Of a stretch of DNA of 64,000 nucleotides, positions 19,709 to 29,734 are shown in pieces. This DNA is from Aestuariivita boseongensis. GTDB taxonomy: Bacteria; Pseudomonadota; Alphaproteobacteria; Rhodobacterales; Rhodobacteraceae. The position numbers and the translations under genes were made by a program. The stretch is from NCBI RefSeq assembly GCF_001262635.1, contig NZ_JXYH01000005.1, positions 62,070 to 126,069 of the forward strand, given 5' to 3'. The notes under the pieces are model-generated. The model ran no database searches. It was given only the letters and a program-made list of their open reading frames with translations, and had not been told where the DNA came from. Position 1 is the first letter of the stretch, and every line of letters starts with the position of its first letter.

Positions 19709-20023
19709 TCAGGGTTTCAGAAGGGACGTTTCCGCCTGCGCGACCGCCATATCCGCAAGGGGCAGGACGGTCACATCGGGGTTCAGGGCAATCTTCAGCT
19801 CTGATTCCAGGAAAATGGGCAGATTGGTGCCCACATATTCATACATCGTGCTGATGCCCGAACGTGCCGCGCCCACCATCGACGGTTCCATGATCAGCGC
19901 CGCGCCCACCAGCCCGGCCAGCACCACCCGGAAAAATCGCGATAGTCTGCGCGCGGCCTCTGCCCGCAGCTGACATCGCGTTTTCTGCGGCCCGGTCGTA
20001 TGTGTCGTAAAGTCCAGCATCAT
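19709..20023 (-). CDS. Small hypothetical protein, possibly shorter than the ORF
   Basis: GC3-biased ORF with one hydrophobic segment. No recognisable domain. Confidence 0.3.
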   Translation of the reverse strand: MMLDFTTHTTGPQKTRCQLRAEAARRLSRFFRVVLAGLVGAALIMEPSMVGAARSGISTMYEYVGTNLPIFLESELKIALNPDVTVLPLADMAVAQAETSLLKP

Positions 20024-20119
20024 CCGGCACAGTTAAGCCCGAATCTGTCATCATCCGGTAAATACCAAGGAATTCTCGCGTCAGCCGCCCCATTTCCGGC
20101 GCAACTGGCAAACGGTTGG

Positions 20120-21055
20120 TTAAAACCACTGCCCCGGCTCCATCAGCCCCAGATCCAGCAATTGCCGTGAATGCCATTCGAAACTGGTGGTGTTGTGCCA
20201 TTTGAACGACTGGATATCGAAGGCCGATCCCGGGTTGGCCTTCAGCGCCTTCGCGGTACGGAAAGAACAGATCGCCGCCGTCAGGTTATTGTGCCAGGGG
20301 CAGGCATAGGTGTTGTATTCCTCGTCATTGAAGGTGTGATCGGACCGCAGTTCAAGCCCTGGCTTGGTCAGGAACAGGCCGATGCGGTCGATCTTGCGGC
20401 TGGCCTCGGGGATGTGTTCCTCGTACCGCCAGCGCAGCCCGCCGAAAAAATCCAGCTGCCGTTCCTTGGGATGGCCCGTTACCGGGTCGGGCCGGGCCAG
20501 CGCGTAATATCCCGTCCGGTCCATATGCGCGCGTTCCAGCGAAACGGCATTTGGCGTCTCGCTCAGGTCATCGGCATAAAGATCAACCACATAGCACAGC
20601 ATCGCATCGCGCCGTTCCTCGGTATGGAAGGCCAGCATCTCTCCGACGCTGCGGGTCTCGCAGAAGGGATAGAACAGGTATTCCCCGTTGAAACAGTAAT
20701 ACATCCACACACCCGGCGCAGATTTGATGATCCGGTTCAGCGCCGCCTGCGCCAGTTCGGGCCGGGTCACCGCGTGATTGACCCGCACCACCTGCCGTGC
20801 CACATCCGCCGGCAGGTCAAAGGCATCGGGCATCACCGCCAGCACCACCTTGAACTTGCAGTCCAGATGATGGCGCAGGGTCGAGGCGACCTCGGTCTCG
20901 TCCTCCACCAGAATGACGGCGACCGGCCCTTTCGCCAGGATCTTCGGCGCCATCTTCAGAAAAGCGTCAAGGGAGGGGTAATGCTGACCTGCCATGGGTT
21001 CCGATGCGATCTTGTGCCCGAGTTCTGGCGCAGAATCGGTTAATTTCGCGTGCAT
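20120..21055 (-). CDS. Conserved hypothetical protein
   Basis: 311-aa ORF with genome-typical codon bias. Rich in W/Y/H and contains a DDxxE element. An internal start at MAGQHYPS is possible. No confident family assignment. Confidence 0.55.
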   Translation of the reverse strand: MHAKLTDSAPELGHKIASEPMAGQHYPSLDAFLKMAPKILAKGPVAVILVEDETEVASTLRHHLDCKFKVVLAVMPDAFDLPADVARQVVRVNHAVTRPELAQAALNRIIKSAPGVWMYYCFNGEYLFYPFCETRSVGEMLAFHTEERRDAMLCYVVDLYADDLSETPNAVSLERAHMDRTGYYALARPDPVTGHPKERQLDFFGGLRWRYEEHIPEASRKIDRIGLFLTKPGLELRSDHTFNDEEYNTYACPWHNNLTAAICSFRTAKALKANPGSAFDIQSFKWHNTTSFEWHSRQLLDLGLMEPGQWF

Positions 21056-21115
21056 TGCAAGGCGGGCTGCGTTGGTCTAGAAGGCGCGCTGATCCCTCCA
21101 CGACCTGGTGACCTC

Positions 21116-22441
21116 ATGGCCGAGCCGAAGAAGCTTTTTATCAAGACCTATGGCTGTCAGATGAACGTCTATGACAGCGAGCGCATGGCCGAGGCTTTGG
21201 GCTCTCAGGGCTATGTCGAAACGCAGACGCCCGATGACGCGGACATGATCCTGCTGAACACCTGCCATATCCGCGAAAAAGCGGCCGAGAAGGTTTACTC
21301 CGAACTGGGGCGCTTCAAGGGCCTGAAGGCGGAAAAGCCCGATCTGAAAATCGGTGTGGCCGGCTGCGTGGCCCAGGCCGAAGGGGCCGAGATCATGCGC
21401 CGTCAGCCCATGGTCGATCTGGTTGTCGGCCCGCAAAGCTATCACCGCTTGCCGGAGCTTGAGGCCAAGGCGCGCGGCGGAGAAAAGGCGCTCGACACCG
21501 ACTTCCCGGAAGAAGACAAATTCGAACATCTGAAATCCCGCCCCAAGGCGGCGCGTGGGCCGACCGCGTTTCTGACCGTGCAGGAAGGCTGCGACAAGTT
21601 CTGTGCCTTCTGCGTGGTGCCTTATACACGCGGTGCGGAGGTGTCCCGCCCCGTAGACCGTGTGGTGCGCGAGGCGCAGGATCTGGTCGAACGCGGCGTG
21701 CGCGAAATCACCCTGCTGGGTCAGAACGTAAACGCCTATCATGGTGCGGGCCCGGATGGCACGGACTGGTCGCTTGCGCGACTGATCTGGGAACTGGACA
21801 AGGTCGACGGGTTGGAGCGCATTCGCTTCACCACCTCCCACCCCAATGACATGGATGACGACCTGATCGAGGCGCATGGCACCTGCGCCAAGCTGATGCC
21901 TTATCTGCATCTGCCGGTGCAGGCGGGGTCCGACAAGATCCTCAAGCGGATGAACCGCGCACATACCGCCGAAAGCTATATCCGGCTGATCGAACGCATC
22001 CGCGCGGCGCGGCCCGATATCCTGATCTCGGGCGATTTCATCGTGGGTTTCCCCGAAGAGACCGAAGAAGATTTCCAGGCCACGATGGATCTGGTGGAAG
22101 AGGTGAACTACGGCTACGCCTATTCCTTCAAATACTCCACCCGCCCCGGCACACCGGCCGCCGAACGCGCGCAGGTTCCCGAGGATGAAAAGAACGACCG
22201 CCTGCAGCGTCTGCAGGCCCTGCTGACCACCCAGCAACGCGCCGCACAGGACGCGATGGTGGGCAAGACCGTGGGCATTTTGTTCGAACGTGAAGGGCGT
22301 CTGCCGGGCCAGATGGTGGGCAAATCCGACCACCTGCATGCGGTGCATGTGGCCGACTGCCCGGCCCCGGCCGGAACGCTGGCACAGGTCAGAATCATCT
22401 CATCCGGCGCGAACTCTCTCGCGGGGGAGCTTTTGGGCTAA
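21116..22441 (+). CDS. miaB: tRNA-i6A37 methylthiotransferase
   Basis: [19 protein letters not shown]-terminal MTTase domain. Radical-SAM CxxxCxxC (CDKFCAFC). TRAM domain. Confidence 0.9.
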   Translation: MAEPKKLFIKTYGCQMNVYDSERMAEALGSQGYVETQTPDDADMILLNTCHIREKAAEKVYSELGRFKGLKAEKPDLKIGVAGCVAQAEGAEIMRRQPMVDLVVGPQSYHRLPELEAKARGGEKALDTDFPEEDKFEHLKSRPKAARGPTAFLTVQEGCDKFCAFCVVPYTRGAEVSRPVDRVVREAQDLVERGVREITLLGQNVNAYHGAGPDGTDWSLARLIWELDKVDGLERIRFTTSHPNDMDDDLIEAHGTCAKLMPYLHLPVQAGSDKILKRMNRAHTAESYIRLIERIRAARPDILISGDFIVGFPEETEEDFQATMDLVEEVNYGYAYSFKYSTRPGTPAAERAQVPEDEKNDRLQRLQALLTTQQRAAQDAMVGKTVGILFEREGRLPGQMVGKSDHLHAVHVADCPAPAGTLAQVRIISSGANSLAGELLG

Positions 22442-22663
22442 CTGCCTGAGATCAAAATGGAGTTTTCAGGCCTTTTCGGACCATTGCGAAACAATGGCGA
22501 AAGGGTGGCGGATTTGTGGCGGGATAAGCTACAATATCTAGTGATTTCTTCTTCCCAAGTAACCAGATATTTTCTAACGTCCTTGCAACGGAGGTGGGGG
22601 CCTCAGCGACCAATCTGTCCTGTGTATGCATCCTTGCCTCATTCGGGGGAATCTAAGTGAAGG

Positions 22664-23242
22664 ATGGTTTCAGTGCGTGAGTTTGGCTTCAGAAAACTGA
22701 TGACCTTTGTGGCCGCTGCAGGCATCGCATGTGCGTCTGTCGTGGTGTCACCGCTGCCCGCATCGGCGCAGAACACGGCCGTGGGCGAGCGTTACATACC
22801 CACGATCTGGGTCGATCCGGATGGCTGCGAGCATTGGGTGATGGATGACGGTGTCGAGGGCTATATGACGCCTCATGTGAACCGCCAGGGCATTCCGGTC
22901 TGCCGCCGGGGCGATGTCTGCGGGGTGATGAATTCCGATCAGTTTTTCGCCACCGACAGCTATCGCATCAGTGCCGCGGGCAAACAGCGCCTGACCGAGT
23001 TCTTCACTCAATCGACCGCCACGGCTTTCATCATCACGGGTCATACCGACAGCCGCGCCTCGGACGCCTATAACATGCGCCTGAGCTATAACCGCGCCAA
23101 TGCCGTGGCCCGTGTCGCGGCCGCCGCCGGTGCGCGTATCTCGGATGTACGCGGGTATGGCGAACGGATGCCTGCGGCGTCGAACGCCACGGCAGCGGGC
23201 ATGGCCAAGAACCGCCGCGTTGAAATCATCTGCATTCGCTAA
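22664..23242 (+). CDS. OmpA-family (peptidoglycan-binding) protein with a novel N-terminal Cys-containing domain
   Basis: OmpA C-terminal motifs ITGHTDSRASDAYNMRLSYNRANAV...NRRVEI. Signal peptide. N-terminal IWVDPDGCEHWVMDDGVEGY....PVC module. Confidence 0.8.
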   Translation: MVSVREFGFRKLMTFVAAAGIACASVVVSPLPASAQNTAVGERYIPTIWVDPDGCEHWVMDDGVEGYMTPHVNRQGIPVCRRGDVCGVMNSDQFFATDSYRISAAGKQRLTEFFTQSTATAFIITGHTDSRASDAYNMRLSYNRANAVARVAAAAGARISDVRGYGERMPAASNATAAGMAKNRRVEIICIR

Positions 23243-23254
23243 GGGACCCGCATC

Positions 23255-23551
23255 ATGAAAATTGCAAAAACAGCCATTCTGTTGCTGGTCGCGGGCACCG
23301 TCGCGGCTTGTGACGACAAGATCGACAAGACTGTGGACCGGGGGTTTGACAGCAAGGACCTGTCCACGCTGAAGGCCGGTATCTGGGTCGATCCCAACGG
23401 CTGCGACCACTGGATCATCGACGATGGCGTCGAAGGATATCTGTCGCAACGGCTGGACAAGTACGGCAAGCCGGTCTGTTCCGGCGTCGCGCCGCCCAAC
23501 ACGGCGACTGGGCCGTTCAAGCAAGGTTCGGAATTCCCGGATCCGATTTGA
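23255..23551 (+). CDS. Small lipoprotein that is a paralogue of the N-terminal domain of the upstream OmpA-family protein
   Basis: Lipobox LVAGTVAAC. Motif IWVDPNGCDHWIIDDGVEGY...PVCSG shared with the adjacent gene. Confidence 0.6.
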   Translation: MKIAKTAILLLVAGTVAACDDKIDKTVDRGFDSKDLSTLKAGIWVDPNGCDHWIIDDGVEGYLSQRLDKYGKPVCSGVAPPNTATGPFKQGSEFPDPI

Positions 23552-23641
23552 TCCTGCCACCATTTGCAATTCCAGGGGCCGTCCGCCGCGTGCGGGCGGC
23601 CTTTTTCTGTGCCGGCGTCAAGCGCCTGAGGAAATACAGGC

Positions 23642-24760
23642 GTGCCGACACCATTTTTGTTTCAACCCCGTGAATTTTATCCCGCGCCGCTTGCCAGATT
23701 GCGCAGGCTTTGGCACCCTGAGATCAGAGCAGATAAGGAGACCAGATTGGCCATCAGCGCCCTGACCCCCGATCAAACCCTTGCAGCCGATCAAGAGCTG
23801 CTGATCGAATTTCCAGACAATCTTCTCATGGCCGCCCTCGTGGGCGAACATTCCCGAAACCTCGTTCCCATCGAACAGCAGCTTCAGGTGCAGATCCTCC
23901 ACAAGGGCAACCAACTTGCGATCCTGGGGGAAGAAGACGCGCAGAAACGCGCCGCCGAAGTGCTGCACGCGCTTTACACGCGGCTGGAGCAGGGCCGCGC
24001 GGTGGAACAGGGCGATATCGACCGTGAATTGCGCATGGGCGGGTCCGAGGACGTGACAGGCGACCGCGCCGGCGACCAGCTTGAGATGTTCCGCGGCGGC
24101 AAGGTCGAGATCAAGACGCGCAAGAAACTGGTCGAACCGCGCACGGACGCGCAGAAGGCCTATGTGACGTCCCTGTTCGAGCATGAACTGGCCTTCGGCA
24201 TCGGCCCGGCCGGCACCGGCAAGACCTATCTGGCGGTGGCGGTGGGCGTGAACATGTTCATCAACGGCCATGTGGACCGGATCATCCTGTCGCGCCCGGC
24301 GGTGGAGGCCGGTGAAAAGCTGGGCTATCTTCCGGGCGACATGAAGGACAAGGTCGATCCCTACATGCAGCCGCTTTACGATGCGCTGAACGATTTCCTG
24401 CCAGGCAAGCAACTGGCCAAACTGATCGAGGAAAAGCGCATCGAGATCGCGCCACTGGCCTTCATGCGCGGCCGCACGCTGGCCAATGCCTTCGTGGTGC
24501 TGGACGAGGCGCAGAATGCCACGACCATGCAGATGAAGATGTTCCTGACCCGCCTGGGTGAGGGAAGCCGCATGGTCATCACCGGCGATCGCAGCCAGGT
24601 CGACCTGCCGCGCGGGGTGCCTTCGGGGCTTGCGGATGCCGAGCGGCTGTTGAAGTCGATCCCCAAGATCAGCTTCAACTATTTCACCGCCAAGGATGTG
24701 GTCCGCCACCCGCTGGTCGCCGCCATTATCGAGGCCTATGACGCCGATACCGCCGGGTAG
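23642..24760 (+). CDS. ybeZ: PhoH-like ATPase (YbeZ). The start may instead be the TTG near 23750.
   Basis: Walker A GPAGTGKTYLAV. PhoH signature LSRPAVEAGEKLGYLPGD...VVLDEAQN. Ends with TAG. Confidence 0.85.
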   Translation: MPTPFLFQPREFYPAPLARLRRLWHPEIRADKETRLAISALTPDQTLAADQELLIEFPDNLLMAALVGEHSRNLVPIEQQLQVQILHKGNQLAILGEEDAQKRAAEVLHALYTRLEQGRAVEQGDIDRELRMGGSEDVTGDRAGDQLEMFRGGKVEIKTRKKLVEPRTDAQKAYVTSLFEHELAFGIGPAGTGKTYLAVAVGVNMFINGHVDRIILSRPAVEAGEKLGYLPGDMKDKVDPYMQPLYDALNDFLPGKQLAKLIEEKRIEIAPLAFMRGRTLANAFVVLDEAQNATTMQMKMFLTRLGEGSRMVITGDRSQVDLPRGVPSGLADAERLLKSIPKISFNYFTAKDVVRHPLVAAIIEAYDADTAG

Positions 24761-24921
24761 GGGTGAACGCCCCTTGACATCGAAGAGCGCGTCCAAGCGC
24801 CTTGGAAGGCGCTTGTCACGCGATTTGGAAATCGCGTATCTCAAGCCCGTTCGAACGGGCTTGCCCCCTCAGACATAGCAAAACGCTTTGCCCCGGTTTC
24901 GCCTCTGCGTTAAGGGACCGC

Positions 24922-25425
24922 ATGACCGCAGAGACCCTCATCGAAGACGACCGCTGGACCCAGATTGACCTGCCCCGGCTGACCGATCAGGCCACCGCCG
25001 CGACACTCACCCATCTGGGCCTTGACCCCGAGGCGTGCGAGCTGACGGTTCTGGCCTGCGATGACTCGCGCATCGCCGTGCTGAACGCCGAATTCCGCGA
25101 CAAGCCCACACCCACCAATGTGCTGAGCTGGCCGTCAGAAGATCTGGCCCCCGAAATCGAGGGCGACACGCCCATGTCACCCAGCCCCGACATCACCGGA
25201 GAGATCGCCCTGGGCGACATCGCCATCGCCTATGACACCTGCGCCCGCGAGGCTGCAGAGGCAGGCAAAACCCTGCGCGATCACGCGACGCATCTGATCA
25301 TTCATGGTCTGTTACACCTTCTGGGCTATGACCATATTCGTGACGGCGATGCCACGTTGATGGAAGAAACTGAGGTCAGGATACTTGGCACATTGGGTAT
25401 TGATGACCCATATAGGGTGGATTGA
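24922..25425 (+). CDS. ybeY: Endoribonuclease YbeY (16S rRNA 3'-end maturation)
   Basis: Zinc-binding HxxxHxxGxxH motif (HLIIHGLLHLLGYDH). Confidence 0.9.
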   Translation: MTAETLIEDDRWTQIDLPRLTDQATAATLTHLGLDPEACELTVLACDDSRIAVLNAEFRDKPTPTNVLSWPSEDLAPEIEGDTPMSPSPDITGEIALGDIAIAYDTCAREAAEAGKTLRDHATHLIIHGLLHLLGYDHIRDGDATLMEETEVRILGTLGIDDPYRVD

Positions 25426-25455
25426 TGGGGGATTTCCCCGTTTCGGACAGGACAA

Positions 25456-26331
25456 ATGGGCGACATAGAAGGCAGTTCTAGCGCAGCGCACAGCGCGCAA
25501 ACGGACGACAGAGACAGCAATTCGGGGCTTTTCGGGCGTATCATCGGCGCCTTCACAGCCACCGGGACCGATGCAGATGACGGCACGGCAGAGGCGACAC
25601 AGGCCGAATTGCCCGCGCATGGCATGATAAACCTGCGCCAGAAAACCATCGAAGATGTGGCGATCCCCAAGGCCGATATCGTGTCGGTTCCGGTCACGAT
25701 CTCCAAGGAGGAGCTGGTGAACGTCTTCCGCGAAAGCGGGCTGACGCGCCTGCCGGTTTATGAAGGCACGCTGGACACGCCCATCGGTTTTGCGCATCTG
25801 AAGGATTTCGCGCTGACCCATGGCTTTAACGGCAAGGGCAAGGATTTCGACCTTCAGGGCATGTTGCGCCCGCTGCTGTTCGTGCCGCCCTCCATGCCTA
25901 TCGGGGTTCTGCTGACCAAGATGCAGGCGGAACGGCGTCACATGGCGCTGGTGATCGACGAATATGGCGGCGTGGACGGTCTTGTGACGATCGAAGACCT
26001 GATCGAACAGGTGATCGGAGAGATCGAGGACGAACACGACATCGGAGAGGACCAGTCATGGGTCAAGGAAAAGGATGGCTGCTATATGGCGCTGGCCAAG
26101 ACCTCCCTGACCGAGTTCGAGGCCGAGATTGGCCAATCCCTGACCGACCATGACGAGGTCGACGAGGAAGAGATCGACACCCTGGGCGGTCTGGTCTTCA
26201 TGCTGGCCGGTCGCATCCCGGCACGGGGGGAGGTGGTGATCCATCCCGAAGGACCGGAATTCGAAGTGGTCGACGCCGACCCGCGCCGGATCAAACGGCT
26301 GCGCGTGCGCGTGCCTGCCCTGGCCGGATGA
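25456..26331 (+). CDS. corC: CBS-pair plus CorC_HlyC domain protein (Mg/Co efflux-associated, TlyC-like)
   Basis: Two CBS modules are followed by the transporter-associated C-terminal domain. Conserved ybeZ-ybeY-corC-lnt order. Confidence 0.85.
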   Translation: MGDIEGSSSAAHSAQTDDRDSNSGLFGRIIGAFTATGTDADDGTAEATQAELPAHGMINLRQKTIEDVAIPKADIVSVPVTISKEELVNVFRESGLTRLPVYEGTLDTPIGFAHLKDFALTHGFNGKGKDFDLQGMLRPLLFVPPSMPIGVLLTKMQAERRHMALVIDEYGGVDGLVTIEDLIEQVIGEIEDEHDIGEDQSWVKEKDGCYMALAKTSLTEFEAEIGQSLTDHDEVDEEEIDTLGGLVFMLAGRIPARGEVVIHPEGPEFEVVDADPRRIKRLRVRVPALAG

Positions 26332-27800
26332 ATTTCCGCCTGAGCGTGCTTTTTGCCCTGCTTGCGGGCGCATTGGGTGCGCTTGGTCTGGCCCCTTATG
26401 GCATTTGGCCTGCGACGCTGGTTTCTCTGGCCGGGGCGTTCATCCTGTTTGACCGTGCAGACAGCCCGCGTCAGGCGGCGCTGACCGGCTGGGCCTTTGG
26501 CACCGGATATTTCGCGCTGGCGCTGCTGTGGATTGTCGAGCCCTTCCTGGTGGAGCCCGAGATCTATGGCTGGATGGCGCCTTTCGCGCTGGTCTTCATG
26601 GCCGCCGGGCTGGCGCTTTTCTGGGCTGTGGGTTTTCTGGTCGCCGCGCGTGCGCGCGAGGGTATGCGGCTGCTCACGCTGATCACCGCCTTGGCGGTGG
26701 CGGAACTGGCGCGTGCCTATGTGCTGACGGGCTTTCCCTGGGCGGGGTTCGCCCAGATCTGGGTGGGCCATGGCCCCGATCTGCTTCTGGCAACCATCGG
26801 CCCGCACGGGCTGGGCCTGATCACGCTGTTTGCAGGCCTTGCCCTTGCCCGCGCCATTGCGGGGCAGGGGGCCTTGCCGGTGCGCCTTCTGGGCCTTCTG
26901 CCGGTGGCGGCGGTTCTGGGCTTTGGCTTTGTTCTGGCCGCCAGCCTGCCGCCCGTGGCGGAGGGGGCAAAGGTGGTCCGTCTGGTTCAGCCCAATGCGC
27001 GGCAGGATCAGAAATGGGATCCCGAGATGATCCCGGTTTTCCTCAACCGCAACCTGACCTTCACCGCCCAGACCCCCCGGCCCGATCTGATCGTGTGGCC
27101 CGAAACATCAGTCCCCACGCTGATGGAGTATGGCGGCCCGATTTTCGAAGAGATGTCCGCCGCAGCCCAGGGCACCCCCGTGATCGCGGGCGTCCAGCGG
27201 CGCGAGGGCGCACGGCTGTACAACTCGGCCTTTCTGCTGGATGGCGCCACGCCCACGCAGATCTATGACAAGCACCATCTCGTGCCCTTCGGCGAATACA
27301 TCCCGCTGGGTGACCTGGCCGCGCGCTTTGGCCTTTTCGGTTTTGCCGCGCGCGACGGGCAGGGTTTCAGCAGCGGCTCCGGCCCCCGGCTGATGGATCT
27401 GGGCGATCTGGGCCGCGCGCTCCCGCTTATCTGTTACGAGGCTGTCTTCCCGCAACTGTCGCGCACCGCCGACCGGCCCGACATGCTGATCCAGATCACC
27501 AATGACGGCTGGTTCGGCCAGCATTCCGGCCCCTATCAGCATCTGGCCCAGGCCCGCATGCGCGCCATCGAACAGGGCCTGCCGATGATCCGGGTGGCCA
27601 ATACCGGCATCTCGGCCATGATCGACCCTTACGGGCGGATCACCCACAGCCTGGGTCTGGGAGAGGCTGGGTATCTTGACGCCCCCTTGCCCCAAGCCCT
27701 GCCCAAAACGCTTTACGCGCGCAGCGGGGATTGGCCGATGCTGGGCCTGCTGATCCTTGCATCGCTGGGTCTTGTCGCGATGCAGCGGCGCAACATCTGA
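26328..27800 (+). CDS. lnt: Apolipoprotein N-acyltransferase
   Basis: N-terminal multi-TM domain. C-N hydrolase domain with catalytic E-K-C context (LICYEAVFP). Start overlaps the corC stop. Confidence 0.9.
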   Translation: MNFRLSVLFALLAGALGALGLAPYGIWPATLVSLAGAFILFDRADSPRQAALTGWAFGTGYFALALLWIVEPFLVEPEIYGWMAPFALVFMAAGLALFWAVGFLVAARAREGMRLLTLITALAVAELARAYVLTGFPWAGFAQIWVGHGPDLLLATIGPHGLGLITLFAGLALARAIAGQGALPVRLLGLLPVAAVLGFGFVLAASLPPVAEGAKVVRLVQPNARQDQKWDPEMIPVFLNRNLTFTAQTPRPDLIVWPETSVPTLMEYGGPIFEEMSAAAQGTPVIAGVQRREGARLYNSAFLLDGATPTQIYDKHHLVPFGEYIPLGDLAARFGLFGFAARDGQGFSSGSGPRLMDLGDLGRALPLICYEAVFPQLSRTADRPDMLIQITNDGWFGQHSGPYQHLAQARMRAIEQGLPMIRVANTGISAMIDPYGRITHSLGLGEAGYLDAPLPQALPKTLYARSGDWPMLGLLILASLGLVAMQRRNI

Positions 27801-27851
27801 TCCAGAATGAGATTGACCCCGCGCCTGCGCCCGCGTAAGCGCTGTCGTCAT

Positions 27852-27900
27852 GGCTCTCGCAACGGCTTCCTGGCGCGGGAGTGGACACATTAATGGAGCA
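27852..27900 (+). promoter_or_regulatory. Probable SAM/SAH riboswitch (Rhodobacterales metK leader). Pseudoknot would sequester the ribosome-binding site.
   Basis: ~49-nt element ending 5 nt before the metK ATG. Stem around CGCAACGGCUUCCUGGCGCG, with loop CUUCC complementary to the downstream GGAG SD inside ...UGGAGCA. The motif class is known to be restricted to Rhodobacterales metK 5'UTRs. Assignment from memory of the consensus. Confidence 0.45.
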
Positions 27901-27905
27901 CCTTC

Positions 27906-29087
27906 ATGGCCCGTCAGAACTATACGTTTACCTCGGAATCCGTTTCCGAGGGCCACCCCGATAAAGTCTGCGACCGCATCTCGGACGCGGTTCTGGATGC
28001 CTTCCTCGCGGAAGAGCCCGAAGCGCGCGTTGCCGCAGAAACCTTCGCCACCACCAACCGCGTCGTGATCGGCGGCGAAGTGGGCCTGTCGGACAAGGAC
28101 AAGCTGCAGACCTATATGGGCAAGATCGACGAGATCGCCCGCGCCTGCATCAAGGACATCGGGTACGAGCAGGAGAAGTTCCACTGGAACACCTGTGAGA
28201 TCACCAACCTGCTGCACGAACAATCCGCCCATATCGCCCAGGGCGTGAATGCTTCGGACAACAAGGACGAAGGCGCCGGCGACCAGGGCATCATGTTCGG
28301 CTATGCCACCACGGAAACGCCCGCGCTGATGCCCGCACCGATCCAGTATTCTCACGCGATCCTGCGCCGCCTGGCCGAAGTGCGCAAGAACGGCACCGAA
28401 CCCGCGTTGGGCCCGGATGCCAAATCGCAGCTGTCGGTTGTTTATGAAAACGGCCAGCCCGTGCGGGTCAGCTCGGTCGTGCTGTCGACCCAGCATCTGG
28501 ACGAGGATCTGACCTCGGACGATATCCGTGCGATTGTGGAGCCATATATCGTGGAAAGCCTGCCCGAAGGGTGGCTGACGGCGGACACCGTCTGGCACGT
28601 GAACCCCACCGGCAAGTTCGTCATTGGCGGGCCTGACGGGGATGCGGGGCTCACCGGCCGCAAGATCATTGTCGACACCTATGGCGGTGCGGCCCCCCAT
28701 GGGGGCGGCGCGTTCTCCGGCAAGGATCCAACCAAGGTGGACCGCTCGGCCGCTTATGCCGCGCGCTATCTGGCGAAAAACGTCGTGGCCGCCGGCATGG
28801 CCGACCGCTGCACGATCCAGTTGAGCTATGCCATCGGTGTGTCGCACCCGCTGTCGGTCTATGCCGACACCCACGGCACGGGCGAGGTTGCGCCCGCCGA
28901 TATCGAAAAGGCCGTGCGCGCCGCGATGGATCTGACCCCGCGCGGCATCCGCGAGCATCTGCAGCTGAACAAACCCATCTATCAGCGCACCGCGGCTTAT
29001 GGCCATTTCGGCCGTGAACCGGATGCGGATGGCGGCTTCTCGTGGGAGAAGACGGACCTTGTCGAGACGCTGAAAAAGGCGATCTGA
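27906..29087 (+). CDS. metK: S-adenosylmethionine synthetase
   Basis: [30 protein letters not shown] and other invariant MAT motifs. Confidence 0.95.
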   Translation: MARQNYTFTSESVSEGHPDKVCDRISDAVLDAFLAEEPEARVAAETFATTNRVVIGGEVGLSDKDKLQTYMGKIDEIARACIKDIGYEQEKFHWNTCEITNLLHEQSAHIAQGVNASDNKDEGAGDQGIMFGYATTETPALMPAPIQYSHAILRRLAEVRKNGTEPALGPDAKSQLSVVYENGQPVRVSSVVLSTQHLDEDLTSDDIRAIVEPYIVESLPEGWLTADTVWHVNPTGKFVIGGPDGDAGLTGRKIIVDTYGGAAPHGGGAFSGKDPTKVDRSAAYAARYLAKNVVAAGMADRCTIQLSYAIGVSHPLSVYADTHGTGEVAPADIEKAVRAAMDLTPRGIREHLQLNKPIYQRTAAYGHFGREPDADGGFSWEKTDLVETLKKAI

Positions 29088-29088
29088 C

Positions 29089-29721
29089 GTGACCCTTGCG
29101 CGCGGCATCGCGTTGGCGCTGGCGTTGATCGCCAGCCCGTCCGCCGCGCGCGACACCACCCCGAAGCTATATGTCAACGGCGACACGCTGGTCTATGACA
29201 CCACCAACGCCACCGGCGACAGTACCGAGATCGAGGCCGAGGATATCGAGGTGCTGCGCGCCCTGCTGAGCGCAAACCCGGAGGTGACCACGCTGCAGCT
29301 GACCTCGTCGGGCGGGTCGGTCTGGGCCTCCCAGGTGATCAGCGATATCGTGATCGACTATGGGCTGGACACGCGGGTCGAGGGCGATTGCGACAGCTCT
29401 TGCGTGACGATCTTTCTGGCCGGCGAAAACCGCACCATGACGCGCGGGTCGCGCCTTGGGTTCCACCAGGTGCAGTGGAGCGCCCAGAACATTCGTGAGT
29501 ATTACGAGCGTGAGACTGAAAACTTCGGCTGGGAAGACGCATGGGATTTCGCTGAATGGATGTATCTGGACACCCAGCAGGAGGTCTACCGCGCGCTGAA
29601 CTACATGGTTGCGCGCGGGGTGGATCCGGCCTTTGCGATCCAGTCGATCCGCCAGCCTGACGGAAACATGTGGCGCCCCTATCGCGCGGTTCTGCGCGCG
29701 GCGGGGGTGCTGACCGAATGA
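29089..29721 (+). CDS. Exported hypothetical protein with weak ClpP/NfeD-like fold resemblance
   Basis: GTG start 1 nt after the metK stop (translational coupling). Signal peptide ALALALIASPSAA. Segment LTSSGGSVWASQVISDIVIDYGL...DSSCVTIFLAG resembles the ClpP/S49-type fold. Confidence 0.5.
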   Translation: MTLARGIALALALIASPSAARDTTPKLYVNGDTLVYDTTNATGDSTEIEAEDIEVLRALLSANPEVTTLQLTSSGGSVWASQVISDIVIDYGLDTRVEGDCDSSCVTIFLAGENRTMTRGSRLGFHQVQWSAQNIREYYERETENFGWEDAWDFAEWMYLDTQQEVYRALNYMVARGVDPAFAIQSIRQPDGNMWRPYRAVLRAAGVLTE

Positions 29722-29734
29722 AAGGACGCTTGCG

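Noticed and set aside
21077-22348. 423-aa ORF antisense to miaB
   Set aside because: miaB motifs (radical SAM CxxxCxxC, MTTase N-domain) are on the plus strand. The antisense product is compositionally aberrant.
27108-29186. 692-aa ORF on the minus strand
   Set aside because: It lies exactly antisense to lnt and metK, which have unambiguous motifs. The translation is Arg/Gly/Ala/His-rich and low in complexity. This is a typical antisense open frame in a 65% GC genome.
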